Both the position numbers and the translations under genes were made by a program. A stretch of DNA of 64,000 nt from NCBI GenBank assembly GCA_963692915.1, contig OY843584.1, positions 576,001 to 640,000 of the forward strand, in the 5' to 3' direction. Below, piece after piece: positions 31,112-40,570 of this stretch (within the stretch, counting starts at the first letter, position 1; each line of letters begins with the position of its first letter). This DNA is from Cenarchaeum sp. (GTDB taxonomy: Archaea; Thermoproteota; Nitrososphaeria; Nitrososphaerales; Nitrosopumilaceae). Under the pieces are notes generated by a model. It had not been told where the DNA came from and did not search any database. It saw only the letters and a list, made by a program, of their open reading frames with translations.

Positions 31112-31486
31112 ATGGACACGGGAACAGCACCGTTGACGCGCGCATTGCAGGGCGCCCCATCGTGGGATCCCGAGTCTCTCTCGAGGCTTCCACCCGGAAT
31201 GTCCCTGCCATCCATACGGCCGGCCAATGCGGCATCCCGCACGCCTGCCATTCGCCTAGGTGCCACAATCGGTGACTATCGCGACGCGCACAGAATGTAC
31301 ACGATGGGTCTGCTCACAATGCCATCCTCGCCGCCGGTGCCGCCAGGCCACCCGCTCTATGCGCAAAACTCCACCCTCGGCGTTCTTCGTGACGAGAACG
31401 AGCGCCTAAAGGCCGAGAACACAAAGCTTCGCGACGAGCTAGAGCACCGCACGCGCGAGTCCGGCGGCCAGCCTAGGCCGGCGTGA
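31112..31486 (+). CDS. Hypothetical Pro-rich protein with C-terminal coiled coil
   Basis: LRDENERLKAENTKLRDEL heptads; TAATATA upstream. Confidence 0.5.
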   Translation: MDTGTAPLTRALQGAPSWDPESLSRLPPGMSLPSIRPANAASRTPAIRLGATIGDYRDAHRMYTMGLLTMPSSPPVPPGHPLYAQNSTLGVLRDENERLKAENTKLRDELEHRTRESGGQPRPA

Positions 31487-31889
31487 ATCCCTGATACCCG
31501 CCACCACTCTGCTGCGTCGAGTCCTTGAATGACGGCTCAAAGAGCGATATCATATAGCTGTCAGGATCCAGTATTATCGCGTTCTTGCCGGCCTCGTGCT
31601 CTACTATGTCACGATAGACCTTGACGCCCTTGGGCGCAAGCTCCTCGAGCGCCGACTTTACGTCACCGACTACAAATCCTATGATGATCCCGTTCTCTAT
31701 GGAGCTGCCCATGTGCTCGGCGGTCAGCGACGCGGGGTGGATGCTGAGGAGCGCTCCCGTGGTGCCAAGGTCCACCCATGTTCTCCGCTGGCTCTTTATC
31801 GGCATGCCGATGACATTGTGGTAAAAGTCGACTGAGCGGTCAAGATCCTTGACAGCGAGTATGACGTTACCGAGCCTCTTGATGTTCAC
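31473..31889 (-). CDS. VOC/glyoxalase family protein
   Basis: LAVKDLDRSVDFY...DPDSY. Confidence 0.9.
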   Translation of the reverse strand: MNIKRLGNVILAVKDLDRSVDFYHNVIGMPIKSQRRTWVDLGTTGALLSIHPASLTAEHMGSSIENGIIIGFVVGDVKSALEELAPKGVKVYRDIVEHEAGKNAIILDPDSYMISLFEPSFKDSTQQSGGGYQGFTPA

Positions 31890-31925
31890 GATTCGCGCAC
31901 CATGCCTCCCTTGTTAAAACCCTTA

Positions 31926-32138
31926 CTATTTGACCTCCATCATAGTCTCGGTTCTCTCCACGCCGCTTATTTTCTGGACCTTTGCCACGACATCCTTGAC
32001 CTCAGACATGTTGGCGACTTCGACTACGAGGACCGCATCAAACTGGCCACTCACGGGAAACGAGTCAAAGCTGATCTTGCGCAGCTTGGCCGCGATAAGC
32101 TTTTTGGGCGACTTTACCAGGATTACTGCCTTTACCAA
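31926..32138 (-). CDS. Lrp/AsnC ligand-binding-domain-only protein
   Basis: VSGQFD...ISGVERTET. Confidence 0.8.
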   Translation of the reverse strand: MVKAVILVKSPKKLIAAKLRKISFDSFPVSGQFDAVLVVEVANMSEVKDVVAKVQKISGVERTETMMEVK

Positions 32139-32371
32139 CCGAGGTTCACCTCCACCTCGATCATCGTCTCAGTCGTCACAATGTCCCTGAGACGCTTGAA
32201 CTCGATTACCGCAGAGTTGATCTCACCAATGTTTCCCTGGAGGAACACGCACAGGTCGGCACGCCCTGTCACAGGTATGATCTCCTTTGCTGCCTTGCGT
32301 CGTGTCCGCAACCTCTTTGCCAGTGACTCTGTCGTGCCAGGTCTCGTCGTGATGAGACAGATTGCCCTCAA
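32132..32371 (-). CDS. Lrp/AsnC ligand-binding-domain-only protein
   Basis: VTGRAD...IVTTET; overlaps its paralog. Confidence 0.75.
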   Translation of the reverse strand: MRAICLITTRPGTTESLAKRLRTRRKAAKEIIPVTGRADLCVFLQGNIGEINSAVIEFKRLRDIVTTETMIEVEVNLGW

Positions 32372-32383
32372 CGCGCCGGCCCC

Positions 32384-32809
32384 CTAATCAGTGACATCCT
32401 GCGATCGTGCCTCCTCTAGATATGCGCGCCTCTCGGCATCCACCTTTTGCGGGTCAAAGCGCAAGTTGTCATCAACAATCACAAAGTCAGAGCGCGGTTG
32501 CGCCTTTGGCTTGCGCACAACCCTTCTTCTCGGTGCGGCTCTTTTTTTGGTTGATGGTGCGCGCGCCCTCTTGGACGGTGTTTTGACCTTGGCCTTTGGC
32601 GCAGCGGGCTTTTTCCTGCCCGCACTCTTTGGTGCTGCCGCTCTACGTTGCGCCGGTGCCTTTGCCGGAGCTACGTCTCCACGAACCATCTTTCTTGCCG
32701 GCGGCTTTGATCGCCTCGGCCTCACACTTGCCCCCAACTGTGTCATTTGGCAGACGGCTGCAAAGTTTTTAAGGATTTTGTCATATGTGGCCTGCCTGAA
32801 CTTCATCAT
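32384..32809 (-). CDS. Basic Lys/Ala/Pro-rich hypothetical protein
   Basis: Central low-complexity basic tract; structured-looking ends. Confidence 0.65.
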   Translation of the reverse strand: MMKFRQATYDKILKNFAAVCQMTQLGASVRPRRSKPPARKMVRGDVAPAKAPAQRRAAAPKSAGRKKPAAPKAKVKTPSKRARAPSTKKRAAPRRRVVRKPKAQPRSDFVIVDDNLRFDPQKVDAERRAYLEEARSQDVTD

Positions 32810-32865
32810 ATTTAAACTGGGCGCAACATTGGGTTTTATACAAGTGCGTCTCACGAGCCCGCAGA

Positions 32866-33351
32866 ATGGCAGATCGCCAGAGATACTGGAAGCTCGAAGC
32901 CTCCGAGGTCGAGTCGTTCACGTACGACGAGTCCAAAATTCTCAATTGGGACATAAAGTGCGTCATAGGCGACGAGGCCGCAGCGTCCCTCGTCGGGGTC
33001 TTTGCGTACCGGCACGGCACGCCCCTCGGATATGACAAGATTCAGGGAGTCGCATACTATCACAACCACGCCGATGAAAAGACGCGCAAGTCCGTGACTG
33101 CGATGCTAAAGTCCAAGTTTGGCGGCAATCCCGAGGAGCACTCTGACCGCGTGCTTGTGCGCGACTCAGACGTGCCGTACTCGGGAGCCGCCATTGGCGC
33201 GCTGGCGCGCGAGCTTGCCTCGTCGCTCGGAGCAACCGTCACGGTTACACTCGAGTTTGAGGGACTCACGCAGGAGGAGCAGGATGCCGCAGGACTGCCG
33301 CCCACAAAGCTCCTGCCCATTGTCAAAACGACGTCTAGTAGCGGTGCGTAG
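32866..33351 (+). CDS. Conserved hypothetical protein upstream of tatC
   Basis: TTTTATA box; operonic with tatC. Confidence 0.75.
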   Translation: MADRQRYWKLEASEVESFTYDESKILNWDIKCVIGDEAAASLVGVFAYRHGTPLGYDKIQGVAYYHNHADEKTRKSVTAMLKSKFGGNPEEHSDRVLVRDSDVPYSGAAIGALARELASSLGATVTVTLEFEGLTQEEQDAAGLPPTKLLPIVKTTSSSGA

Positions 33352-33356
33352 CGCAA

Positions 33357-34148
33357 ATGTCCAGCTCGGCGCAGATCAGGGCACACCTTGACGAGCTGCG
33401 CTCGCGCGTTTTGCGCATTGCCGTGATAGTCGGCGCGATCACGATGTTTGTCATGGCATTTCATGCCGAGCCGGCCGAACTCTGGGGACTGACCGTGTAC
33501 TATCCGCTCCCAGACCCACTGAACAACATTGCCGCCCAGATCACGGCGCATATGCGCCAGGATCTCGTGCCAGAGGACGTGCAGCTGATCCAGACGTCAC
33601 CGGGTCAGGCGTTCTTTGCGCAGGTGTATGTTGCCGCACTTGCTGCGCTCATAGTCGCAATGCCTGCTGTCGCGCGCGAATGTGTCGCGTTCTTGCGCCC
33701 TGCCCTCAGGGATCGCGAGATTCGCGTGGGCCGAACCATACTCCTTCCAGCCATTGCGCTCTTTGCCGGTGGATGCGCAATGTCATATGTGCTTGTCATA
33801 CCGTACATACTCGAATTTCTGTATCGTTATGGCGAGTCTGCCGGGCTAGTCACGTTCCTCAACGTGATCGACTTTGTGGTCTTTGTGCTCCAGTTCCTCC
33901 TTGCGTTTGGGTTTTCATTCCAGCTCCCGCTTGTCATGTATGCGATTAGCGCGTCTGGCGCCGTTAACTCGGGCTATTGGCTGCGCAACGCGCGATACGC
34001 CATAATCGCCATAGTCATATTTGGCGCGGCGATAACACCAGACGGCAGCGGCGTGACGATGTGGTTTATCGCAGCGCCCATGACCGCGCTCTACTTTGCC
34101 GGCGTCTGGGCGATCAGGCGCTCAGAGGCTCGCGCGAGGCGGGCCTAG
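33357..34148 (+). CDS. tatC: Twin-arginine translocase TatC
   Basis: HLDELRSR, FLRPAL, FQLP, AAITPD. Confidence 0.93.
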   Translation: MSSSAQIRAHLDELRSRVLRIAVIVGAITMFVMAFHAEPAELWGLTVYYPLPDPLNNIAAQITAHMRQDLVPEDVQLIQTSPGQAFFAQVYVAALAALIVAMPAVARECVAFLRPALRDREIRVGRTILLPAIALFAGGCAMSYVLVIPYILEFLYRYGESAGLVTFLNVIDFVVFVLQFLLAFGFSFQLPLVMYAISASGAVNSGYWLRNARYAIIAIVIFGAAITPDGSGVTMWFIAAPMTALYFAGVWAIRRSEARARRA

Positions 34149-35644
34149 TCGGGCCTGTGGCCGCCGACTGTGCGGCGCGCCACGGCCATCACCCCCTCAA
34201 AGTCGTCCTCGCCGGGGCTGTGGCGCGCAAACGAGACCAGGCCAGTGAGGCCGAGGCACTCGGCTATGCCAGGAACCTCATCGCCGCGCTCGCGAAGGTG
34301 CCGCAGTATCTCGGTGTTGGAGGCCTCCCTGTCAAGTCCGGTCGTGTGCGCGAGGCTCAGGCGAAGCGCCTGGCCGACCATGCCGTATGCGAGCTTGCGC
34401 CTGCCGTCAGCATGCGCGCGCACGGCCTCCTCCAGCAGGCGCGCTGCCTCGAGGGCATAGTCTCTCCTCGCCGGCGGGCTCTGTTCGGGGGGTTCGGGCA
34501 CGATGGCCCGTCGGCGGAGCAGGCGATATGCGGCGTATGCGGCAACGGCGGCTGCCGCTGACACGGCGGCCAGGAGCGCCCATGGCGTCTCCTCGGATGC
34601 CGACTCCCTCTCGAGGCGCACGTCACTCACCGTAGAGTTTGTGACCAGCGCGGTGATGCGCGCCTCAGGGGCCGTAGAGTTGGAGGGCGGGGCAAAGGTG
34701 ACGCTTGCCTCCATGGCGCCACCCTCCGTGCGCGTCACGTCTGCGGCATACTCTGCATAGCCCTCGCCTTCGAGCTGCGCGGCGAGCTCCTGGAACCCCG
34801 CGTCAGCACGGAGCGCCTCGAGTGCCTCGTCGAGCTCGGCCTGTGTGCGCGCCTCGATCTGCGTGACCTCGCCGTCCTCGAGCTCGCCATCAACGCTTGC
34901 CCACTCCCCCTCGGCGTTCTCGTACATGAACTCAAATGATCCCGACGACTCGCCAGACGCGCTGGCTGACTGTGACGTCATGCTGTACCCCTGTGACGTG
35001 AGCTCCTCGTGGAGCTCGGCGAACTCTTCGCTCTCTAGCGCATCGCGCAGGAGGCCCTCCTGCTCGGCGGCATCCTGGCGTATCTGCTCGCGTATCTCCT
35101 CGCGCAGTGCGCTGCTGTCCTGGGCGAGCTGGCTGTTTTGGAGGCGCTGCTGGGCGTTCTGGCTCTGCGACGACTGCTGCTGCGGCTGCGCGTCCTGGGC
35201 CTCCTGTGATGTGGCACTAGTCGGGTTTGGCACGTTCTGCTCCTCTGCATTCTCGGCCACAACGTGGACCGTGAGCGGATCGAGATCGACGATCTTTGCG
35301 CCATCCTCAATATAGCTGAGCAAAAGGTCCACGCTCATTGTGGCCGGTGCGGCATGCGCCCCCAGGTCAATGTCAATTGACGACTCGCCGGGCGCTATGC
35401 TCACGTTGTTGGAGTTTGACGACGAGAGCTGCACTCCCCCGCTGTTGCGCTCAAGAACAGACACGATCGTTCCCTGCACGTTGACTGCGTGCGTATTGTT
35501 GACTAGAACCTGAAGGCGAACCGGCTCGTTGACCAGAAAATAATACTCGCGCTGCTCGGCAGACAGCGTGATCTCTTGTGCGATGGCCGGCGCCAGCGGC
35601 ACGGCTGCCAGCATGGCAAGCGCTGCGGCAACGGCCACGCGCAT
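34145..35644 (-). CDS. Secreted acidic membrane-anchored protein of the MoxR/vWA (Bat-like) cluster
   Basis: Signal peptide, Q-rich linker, TM near C-terminus; start overlaps vWA stop. Confidence 0.7.
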   Translation of the reverse strand: MRVAVAAALAMLAAVPLAPAIAQEITLSAEQREYYFLVNEPVRLQVLVNNTHAVNVQGTIVSVLERNSGGVQLSSSNSNNVSIAPGESSIDIDLGAHAAPATMSVDLLLSYIEDGAKIVDLDPLTVHVVAENAEEQNVPNPTSATSQEAQDAQPQQQSSQSQNAQQRLQNSQLAQDSSALREEIREQIRQDAAEQEGLLRDALESEEFAELHEELTSQGYSMTSQSASASGESSGSFEFMYENAEGEWASVDGELEDGEVTQIEARTQAELDEALEALRADAGFQELAAQLEGEGYAEYAADVTRTEGGAMEASVTFAPPSNSTAPEARITALVTNSTVSDVRLERESASEETPWALLAAVSAAAAVAAYAAYRLLRRRAIVPEPPEQSPPARRDYALEAARLLEEAVRAHADGRRKLAYGMVGQALRLSLAHTTGLDREASNTEILRHLRERGDEVPGIAECLGLTGLVSFARHSPGEDDFEGVMAVARRTVGGHRPD

Positions 35645-36591
35645 CACTGTATTATCCGCCCCCTGCCATACCTCATGTACAGCTGTGCCGCAAAGGCGGC
35701 AAGTGCGGCCGCAAAGAACCATTCACGTATGTCCGTCTCCTGCTCCTCGCGCTCGATAACGTCGCCAATTCCACGGTAAATGTCATCTAGCGTCTCGGCA
35801 TTGACGGACTTGAAGTACTCGCCGCCCGTCTGCGTCGCTATTGCGCGAAGCGTCGCCTCGTCGAGCTCGGCATACTGGGGGCGCCCAAACGCGTCATACC
35901 CGAGCACAACGCGGCTCTCTGAGCCCATGCCGACCGTGTGGACCTGTATGCCGCTAGATGACGCAAACGCGATGGCCTCAGCCGGCGTGATGACACCCGA
36001 GTTGCTCACGCCGTCACTTAGGAGTATGGCGACCTTTTTCTTGTTGGGGACCGATGTCGCCATGTCGATTCCAAGGCTCAGCCCGTCACCAATGGCGGTC
36101 CGGCCCTCCGAGACGCGTATGGCCCCAAGCTTTGTCGAGACGCGATCCTTGTAGGGGCTCAAATATGCCGCAGTAGTGGCACCGCTCTCAAATGTCACAA
36201 TCCCGACATTGTCGTTCTCCTCGAGGGACTCGACTAGCGTGCCGGCTGCGCGCTTGGCGGCCTCTAGGCGGTTGGGCGGATAGTCAGTGGCCGCCATGCT
36301 GCCCGATATGTCGATGACGAGGACCACGTTGACGCCCTCCTCGGCCTGCTCGAGCGGTATGTGCGGGCCGGCAAACCCGACTATCATCAGCGCGATGGCC
36401 GCCGTCGAGACGTAAAACAGTGCGGCATCGCGAGTGCGCCTGCCCGTCTTTATGGCGGACTTTAGGTATGATATCCTGCTAAACTGGATTGCGGCGCGCC
36501 GACGGCGCGAGAGGACCACGCGATACATTGCATAGAGGGCCGGCACGCACGCCAGGAACAGGAGAATGTACGGGCTGTCAAATCCGGCCAT
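35644..36591 (-). CDS. BatA-like vWA domain membrane protein
   Basis: DISGSM MIDAS, TAIGDG, LLSDG, TGGEYF. Confidence 0.9.
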   Translation of the reverse strand: MAGFDSPYILLFLACVPALYAMYRVVLSRRRRAAIQFSRISYLKSAIKTGRRTRDAALFYVSTAAIALMIVGFAGPHIPLEQAEEGVNVVLVIDISGSMAATDYPPNRLEAAKRAAGTLVESLEENDNVGIVTFESGATTAAYLSPYKDRVSTKLGAIRVSEGRTAIGDGLSLGIDMATSVPNKKKVAILLSDGVSNSGVITPAEAIAFASSSGIQVHTVGMGSESRVVLGYDAFGRPQYAELDEATLRAIATQTGGEYFKSVNAETLDDIYRGIGDVIEREEQETDIREWFFAAALAAFAAQLYMRYGRGRIIQ

Positions 36592-36593
36592 CG

Positions 36594-37475
36594 CTAGTGC
36601 CTCCGCCTCCGCCTCGTCTGAAAAAAGCGCAAGAGGCGCGCGGCATACTCGCCGTCCGTGCCAATGTCGATGCGATCCACGCGGCACCGTGCCATCGTCG
36701 CCGCAAGTGCCGCATCCCCGCGCTCCACTAGTCTTGCATACTCGGCGCGAAACTCCTCATCAGACGTGTTGACGAGGACCTGCTCGCCAGTCTCGCTGTC
36801 CTCGAGCTCTATGAGGCCAACGTCAGGCATGTTGCGCTCGCGCTCGTCTGTCACGCGGACAACTGCAATGTCATGCCTTCGCGCAAGATGCCGCAGCGGT
36901 TTTGCATAGTCGCCATCATCCATCATGTCAGATACTACAATGATGACGCTGCGCCTCTTTACTATTCCGGCCATGGACTTGATGCACGCGCGCAGGTCAG
37001 TCGCGCGCGAGGCGGCCTCGTGCGAGACCATCTTTAGGAGCGCCTGCATGACGTGGCGCCTCCCGCGCCTTGCGGGCACAAACATCTCGATATGGTCGCT
37101 CACGAGGAACATCCCCGCCCTGTCATTGGACTGCTGTGCGGCAAACATTAGCGCGGCGGCCACCTCGACGGCCCTGTCACGCTTGGCGAGACTGCCCCCA
37201 AACGAGCCAGATGCTGACACGTCGACTACGACATAGACCTGCAGGTCACGCTCCTCGATGTACTCCTTCACGTACGGCCTGTTAAAGCGCGCAGTGACAT
37301 TCCAGTCTATCGTGCGCACGTCATCGCCATGGCGATACTCGCGTATCTCGCTGAACGCGATGCCGCGTCCGCGAAAGACCGAGTCATGCCCACCTGACAC
37401 AAGGCCCTCGACGAGCTGCCTTGTCGTTATCTCAAGGCCCCTCACGCGCCTCAGGGCGGCGACTGTCTGTGGCAT
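36594..37475 (-). CDS. DUF58 domain protein
   Basis: FSEIREYRHGDDVRTIDWNVTAR. Confidence 0.92.
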   Translation of the reverse strand: MPQTVAALRRVRGLEITTRQLVEGLVSGGHDSVFRGRGIAFSEIREYRHGDDVRTIDWNVTARFNRPYVKEYIEERDLQVYVVVDVSASGSFGGSLAKRDRAVEVAAALMFAAQQSNDRAGMFLVSDHIEMFVPARRGRRHVMQALLKMVSHEAASRATDLRACIKSMAGIVKRRSVIIVVSDMMDDGDYAKPLRHLARRHDIAVVRVTDERERNMPDVGLIELEDSETGEQVLVNTSDEEFRAEYARLVERGDAALAATMARCRVDRIDIGTDGEYAARLLRFFQTRRRRRH

Positions 37476-37507
37476 CTTTGCATCACCGCGGCGGTGTCCT
37501 GCCCATC

Positions 37508-38509
37508 CTAGGGCACCCTTACGCCGTCAAGTATGTTTGATATCACGCCATCATTCGTGTCACCGTCGGCCTCGGCCTCATACGTCAAGAGTATCCTGTG
37601 GCGCAGGACATCAGGCGCTATGCGGCGCACGTCCTCGGGCATGACATAGCCGCGCGAGTCCATCATCGCCACGGCCTTGGCCCCAAGCATTAGCCAGATC
37701 GACGCGCGCGGCGAGGCGCCATACTCGGTTCGCACCGACGCCGGATCCAGCCCGTGCGCCACGGGGTTTCGCGTGGCATCTACAATGTCGGCGACATACC
37801 CACGCACGGACTCATCAGCATACACGCCAGGGACGAACTCTTGCATGCGAACCATCGAGTCCGTGTCGATGACGCCAGATGCCACGCGCGGCTCGCCCTC
37901 TGTAAACCTGCGGATGATCTCGGATTCCTCATTGCGCGAGGGATACGTCATGACAAGCTTTACCATAAACCTGTCGACCTGGGCCTCTGGCAGGCGGTAC
38001 GTCCCCTCGGACTCGATGGGGTTCTGCGTGGCCATGACAAAGAACGGCTTTTTGAGCTCGTGCGTCTCGCCCTGGATGCTGACCTGGCCCTCCTGCATGG
38101 CCTCGAGGAGCGCGGACTGGACCTTTGGCGGGGCGCGGTTTATCTCGTCGGCGAGCACAAAGTTTGAAAAGACCGGCCCCTTTACGGTCTTGAACTCGGA
38201 TGTGGCGTGCTCGTATATCTTTGTGCCAGTAATGTCAGCCGGCAGGAGATCCGGCGTGAACTGGATCCTCACAAAGTCTGACTGGACACAGTCGGCCATT
38301 GTCTTTACGAGAAGCGTCTTTGCGAGTCCGGGCATGCCCTCAAGGAGCGCATGGCCGCGCGCGATTGCGGCGATTACGAGCTTGTCAATAATGTCGTCCT
38401 GCCCGACGATGACTGTGCGTATCTCCTTTCGCAGTGTGTCGGCAGTCTCGGCGAGGCCTGCTGCCTGCTCTGTCAGTGCCGCAACCCTCTCGTCCACCGC
38501 ACTCATCAC
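37508..38509 (-). CDS. moxR: MoxR-family AAA+ ATPase
   Basis: GMPGLAKT, RIQFTPDLLPAD, DEINRA, ATQNP, GASPR. Confidence 0.95.
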   Translation of the reverse strand: MMSAVDERVAALTEQAAGLAETADTLRKEIRTVIVGQDDIIDKLVIAAIARGHALLEGMPGLAKTLLVKTMADCVQSDFVRIQFTPDLLPADITGTKIYEHATSEFKTVKGPVFSNFVLADEINRAPPKVQSALLEAMQEGQVSIQGETHELKKPFFVMATQNPIESEGTYRLPEAQVDRFMVKLVMTYPSRNEESEIIRRFTEGEPRVASGVIDTDSMVRMQEFVPGVYADESVRGYVADIVDATRNPVAHGLDPASVRTEYGASPRASIWLMLGAKAVAMMDSRGYVMPEDVRRIAPDVLRHRILLTYEAEADGDTNDGVISNILDGVRVP

Positions 38510-39006
38510 CCCGACACAGGGGGCGCGCCCCTTGAGTCCTGCGCGTGCGCCTCAAAGCACGCCATGGCAGCGTCTGCGTCGATCGAGCCCAGGCCATTGA
38601 GGCCAGAGACGCCATCAAGGCACGCCCTTAGCTCCAGGTCAGCCGATGCCAGGTCCCAGCCGAGATCGCCGCCGAGCGGCACGAGCGCAGACAGCGTGAC
38701 TATTGCCAGTATGACCGACTTGATTACGGTGAGCATGATTCCGATATACAGGCAGTCCCTTGCCATTCGTGGCGAGTCAAGGCGCAGCGCATAGTAGGCT
38801 ATCGCGCCTCCGATAATGTCAAAGAAGACGGGTAGCGCAAACCAGACCCACGAGCGGCGCCGTGGCTCTGTGGCCGCAAGTCCAAACCTGCGCGCAAACG
38901 GGGGAATGACAGGATTCTGCGGCGGCGCCGTGTCAGCCTCTGTGGGCGGTGCTGCGCCGTCGATGCCCGAGGCCCAGTCCGAGCCATGCTGGTCTTTGGT
39001 GGCCAT
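38506..39006 (-). CDS. Hypothetical membrane protein (paralog of 39078..39272)
   Basis: RRSWVWFALP...IIGGAIAYYALR..P..AR. Confidence 0.7.
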   Translation of the reverse strand: MATKDQHGSDWASGIDGAAPPTEADTAPPQNPVIPPFARRFGLAATEPRRRSWVWFALPVFFDIIGGAIAYYALRLDSPRMARDCLYIGIMLTVIKSVILAIVTLSALVPLGGDLGWDLASADLELRACLDGVSGLNGLGSIDADAAMACFEAHAQDSRGAPPVSG

Positions 39007-39077
39007 GCGAAAATTCGCCACGGGCGTTCCTAATATACCTATTTTCGGCCGTGCGGGCGGCAGATACGGCAGGGCCG

Positions 39078-39272
39078 TTACGGGAGAGTCGCAAGCGGCC
39101 AGATCACCCACGTCACAACGGTGAGCACCAATCCCAGGATTAACGAGTTTCTTGCCTTTGGCGGATCGTCGCGCCGCAGGGAAAAGTAGGCGATGATGCC
39201 GCCAACTATCAGGAACAGAATGGGAAGCAGGTACCACCATGCGGAACGGCGGTTCGGAGGCGCATTGCTCAT
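39078..39272 (-). CDS. Small 2-TM membrane protein
   Basis: RRSAWWYLLP...IVGGIIAYFSLR.DDP.KAR. Confidence 0.75.
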   Translation of the reverse strand: MSNAPPNRRSAWWYLLPILFLIVGGIIAYFSLRRDDPPKARNSLILGLVLTVVTWVIWPLATLP

Positions 39273-39458
39273 GCCAGAGCGTCCGGTTCGACACTACATA
39301 TACTATACGTTTGCGGCGTGTGGGTGCCAGGGCTTTCCACAAATGGGCACGGACAGCAGCTCCATGGAGCGCCATGACGTGACTGCTAGGCACAGATCCA
39401 CAGGCAGCAAGAACGCCTCCACAGGCCTGAGTGGATGGACGGTGCATGGACGCACTCG

Positions 39459-40460
39459 CTACCAGCACCCAAGCCCGTGCCCCATCCTCAGCATCGCGGC
39501 AAGCCGCCGAGAGTTGACGCGCAGCTGGCCCAGCTGGTACGGAATGTCAACTAGCACGCAATACAGCACGTGGTCGGCCTGAGACTCGTACATGTCAGCC
39601 GTGACGCGGCCGTCGAGCTGTTCGGGGTATCGGCCATGCGCATTGTGCAAGAACAGCGGCACATAGCGCGGCGCATGAGAGATCAACATCTGGAATCCAA
39701 ACTCCATGACCAGGCGTCGAAGGAGCTTGGTGTATGGAAAGTCTCGCCCAAGGCGCGACCTTGCGTCAGCAGAAAAGAACTCCTGGCACTCGCGAAAATG
39801 GCGCTCAAAGAGGGCGCGGTTATCAAGGTTTTCGACAAGCGCCAGATGGTTCGCACGGCATTTTGAGAGGGCCTTATGGTCCAGGGATTTGGTGTGGCGC
39901 AGGGGGGTGTCCAGATTGCGGCTGGATATTCGTGGCAGGGCCATGCCGACTCTTCCGGTGAGCAAGAGGATCGAGCGCATGTATGTTTCCTGCTGCGAGT
40001 TAAGGATCTCAAGGACGCTGTCCATTGTCTGAAATCCCACATGGTTCTTCCAGGTGTGAGACTTCCACAGCGGGGTACACAGATGGTCATTCCAGGCACA
40101 CGCCAGTAATTCAAACGTGCTCCTGTCACGGGCAGTTTCTGGCTCTAAGGCGGCATTGATATACGAGGCGAGGAGGTCGCCAGACGGCACGACCGGCAGT
40201 TCCATCCCGACTATGTGGTCGGCATATAGTCGGTATATGCGAGGATAGAGTTGGTGCCCAAACGACTTGATGAGGGACGTGCCGATTCCACTATCCACAC
40301 CCTCGCTGATCCTGAAAATGATGGCCTTTAGCTGCTTTTCGATGGACTGCTGGCCTAGGTACATGGCTGTCCCCAGGTCGTATCCGGACCGGCTAGAGGC
40401 TGCGGTGGCCTGAGCCTGCCTCATATCAGAGGCGGCCTGCTGCTCAAAATGCCCCGACAT
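39459..40460 (-). CDS. Large HEPN-domain protein
   Basis: A-x-x-D...A-x-Y-x-x-QQ-S-x-EK-x-LKA...GH-x-L N-terminal HEPN signature and late RYP. Confidence 0.7.
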   Translation of the reverse strand: MSGHFEQQAASDMRQAQATAASSRSGYDLGTAMYLGQQSIEKQLKAIIFRISEGVDSGIGTSLIKSFGHQLYPRIYRLYADHIVGMELPVVPSGDLLASYINAALEPETARDRSTFELLACAWNDHLCTPLWKSHTWKNHVGFQTMDSVLEILNSQQETYMRSILLLTGRVGMALPRISSRNLDTPLRHTKSLDHKALSKCRANHLALVENLDNRALFERHFRECQEFFSADARSRLGRDFPYTKLLRRLVMEFGFQMLISHAPRYVPLFLHNAHGRYPEQLDGRVTADMYESQADHVLYCVLVDIPYQLGQLRVNSRRLAAMLRMGHGLGCW

Positions 40461-40570
40461 TCGGCGCATGGGCAATCACGTGACGTGTGCTGTGCCATCC
40501 GTTACAAATAGGGTCATGCGCGCGTGCGGATGGTCAGGCCGCAGGCGGTCAGGGGCGAGCCCTTGCGTGG

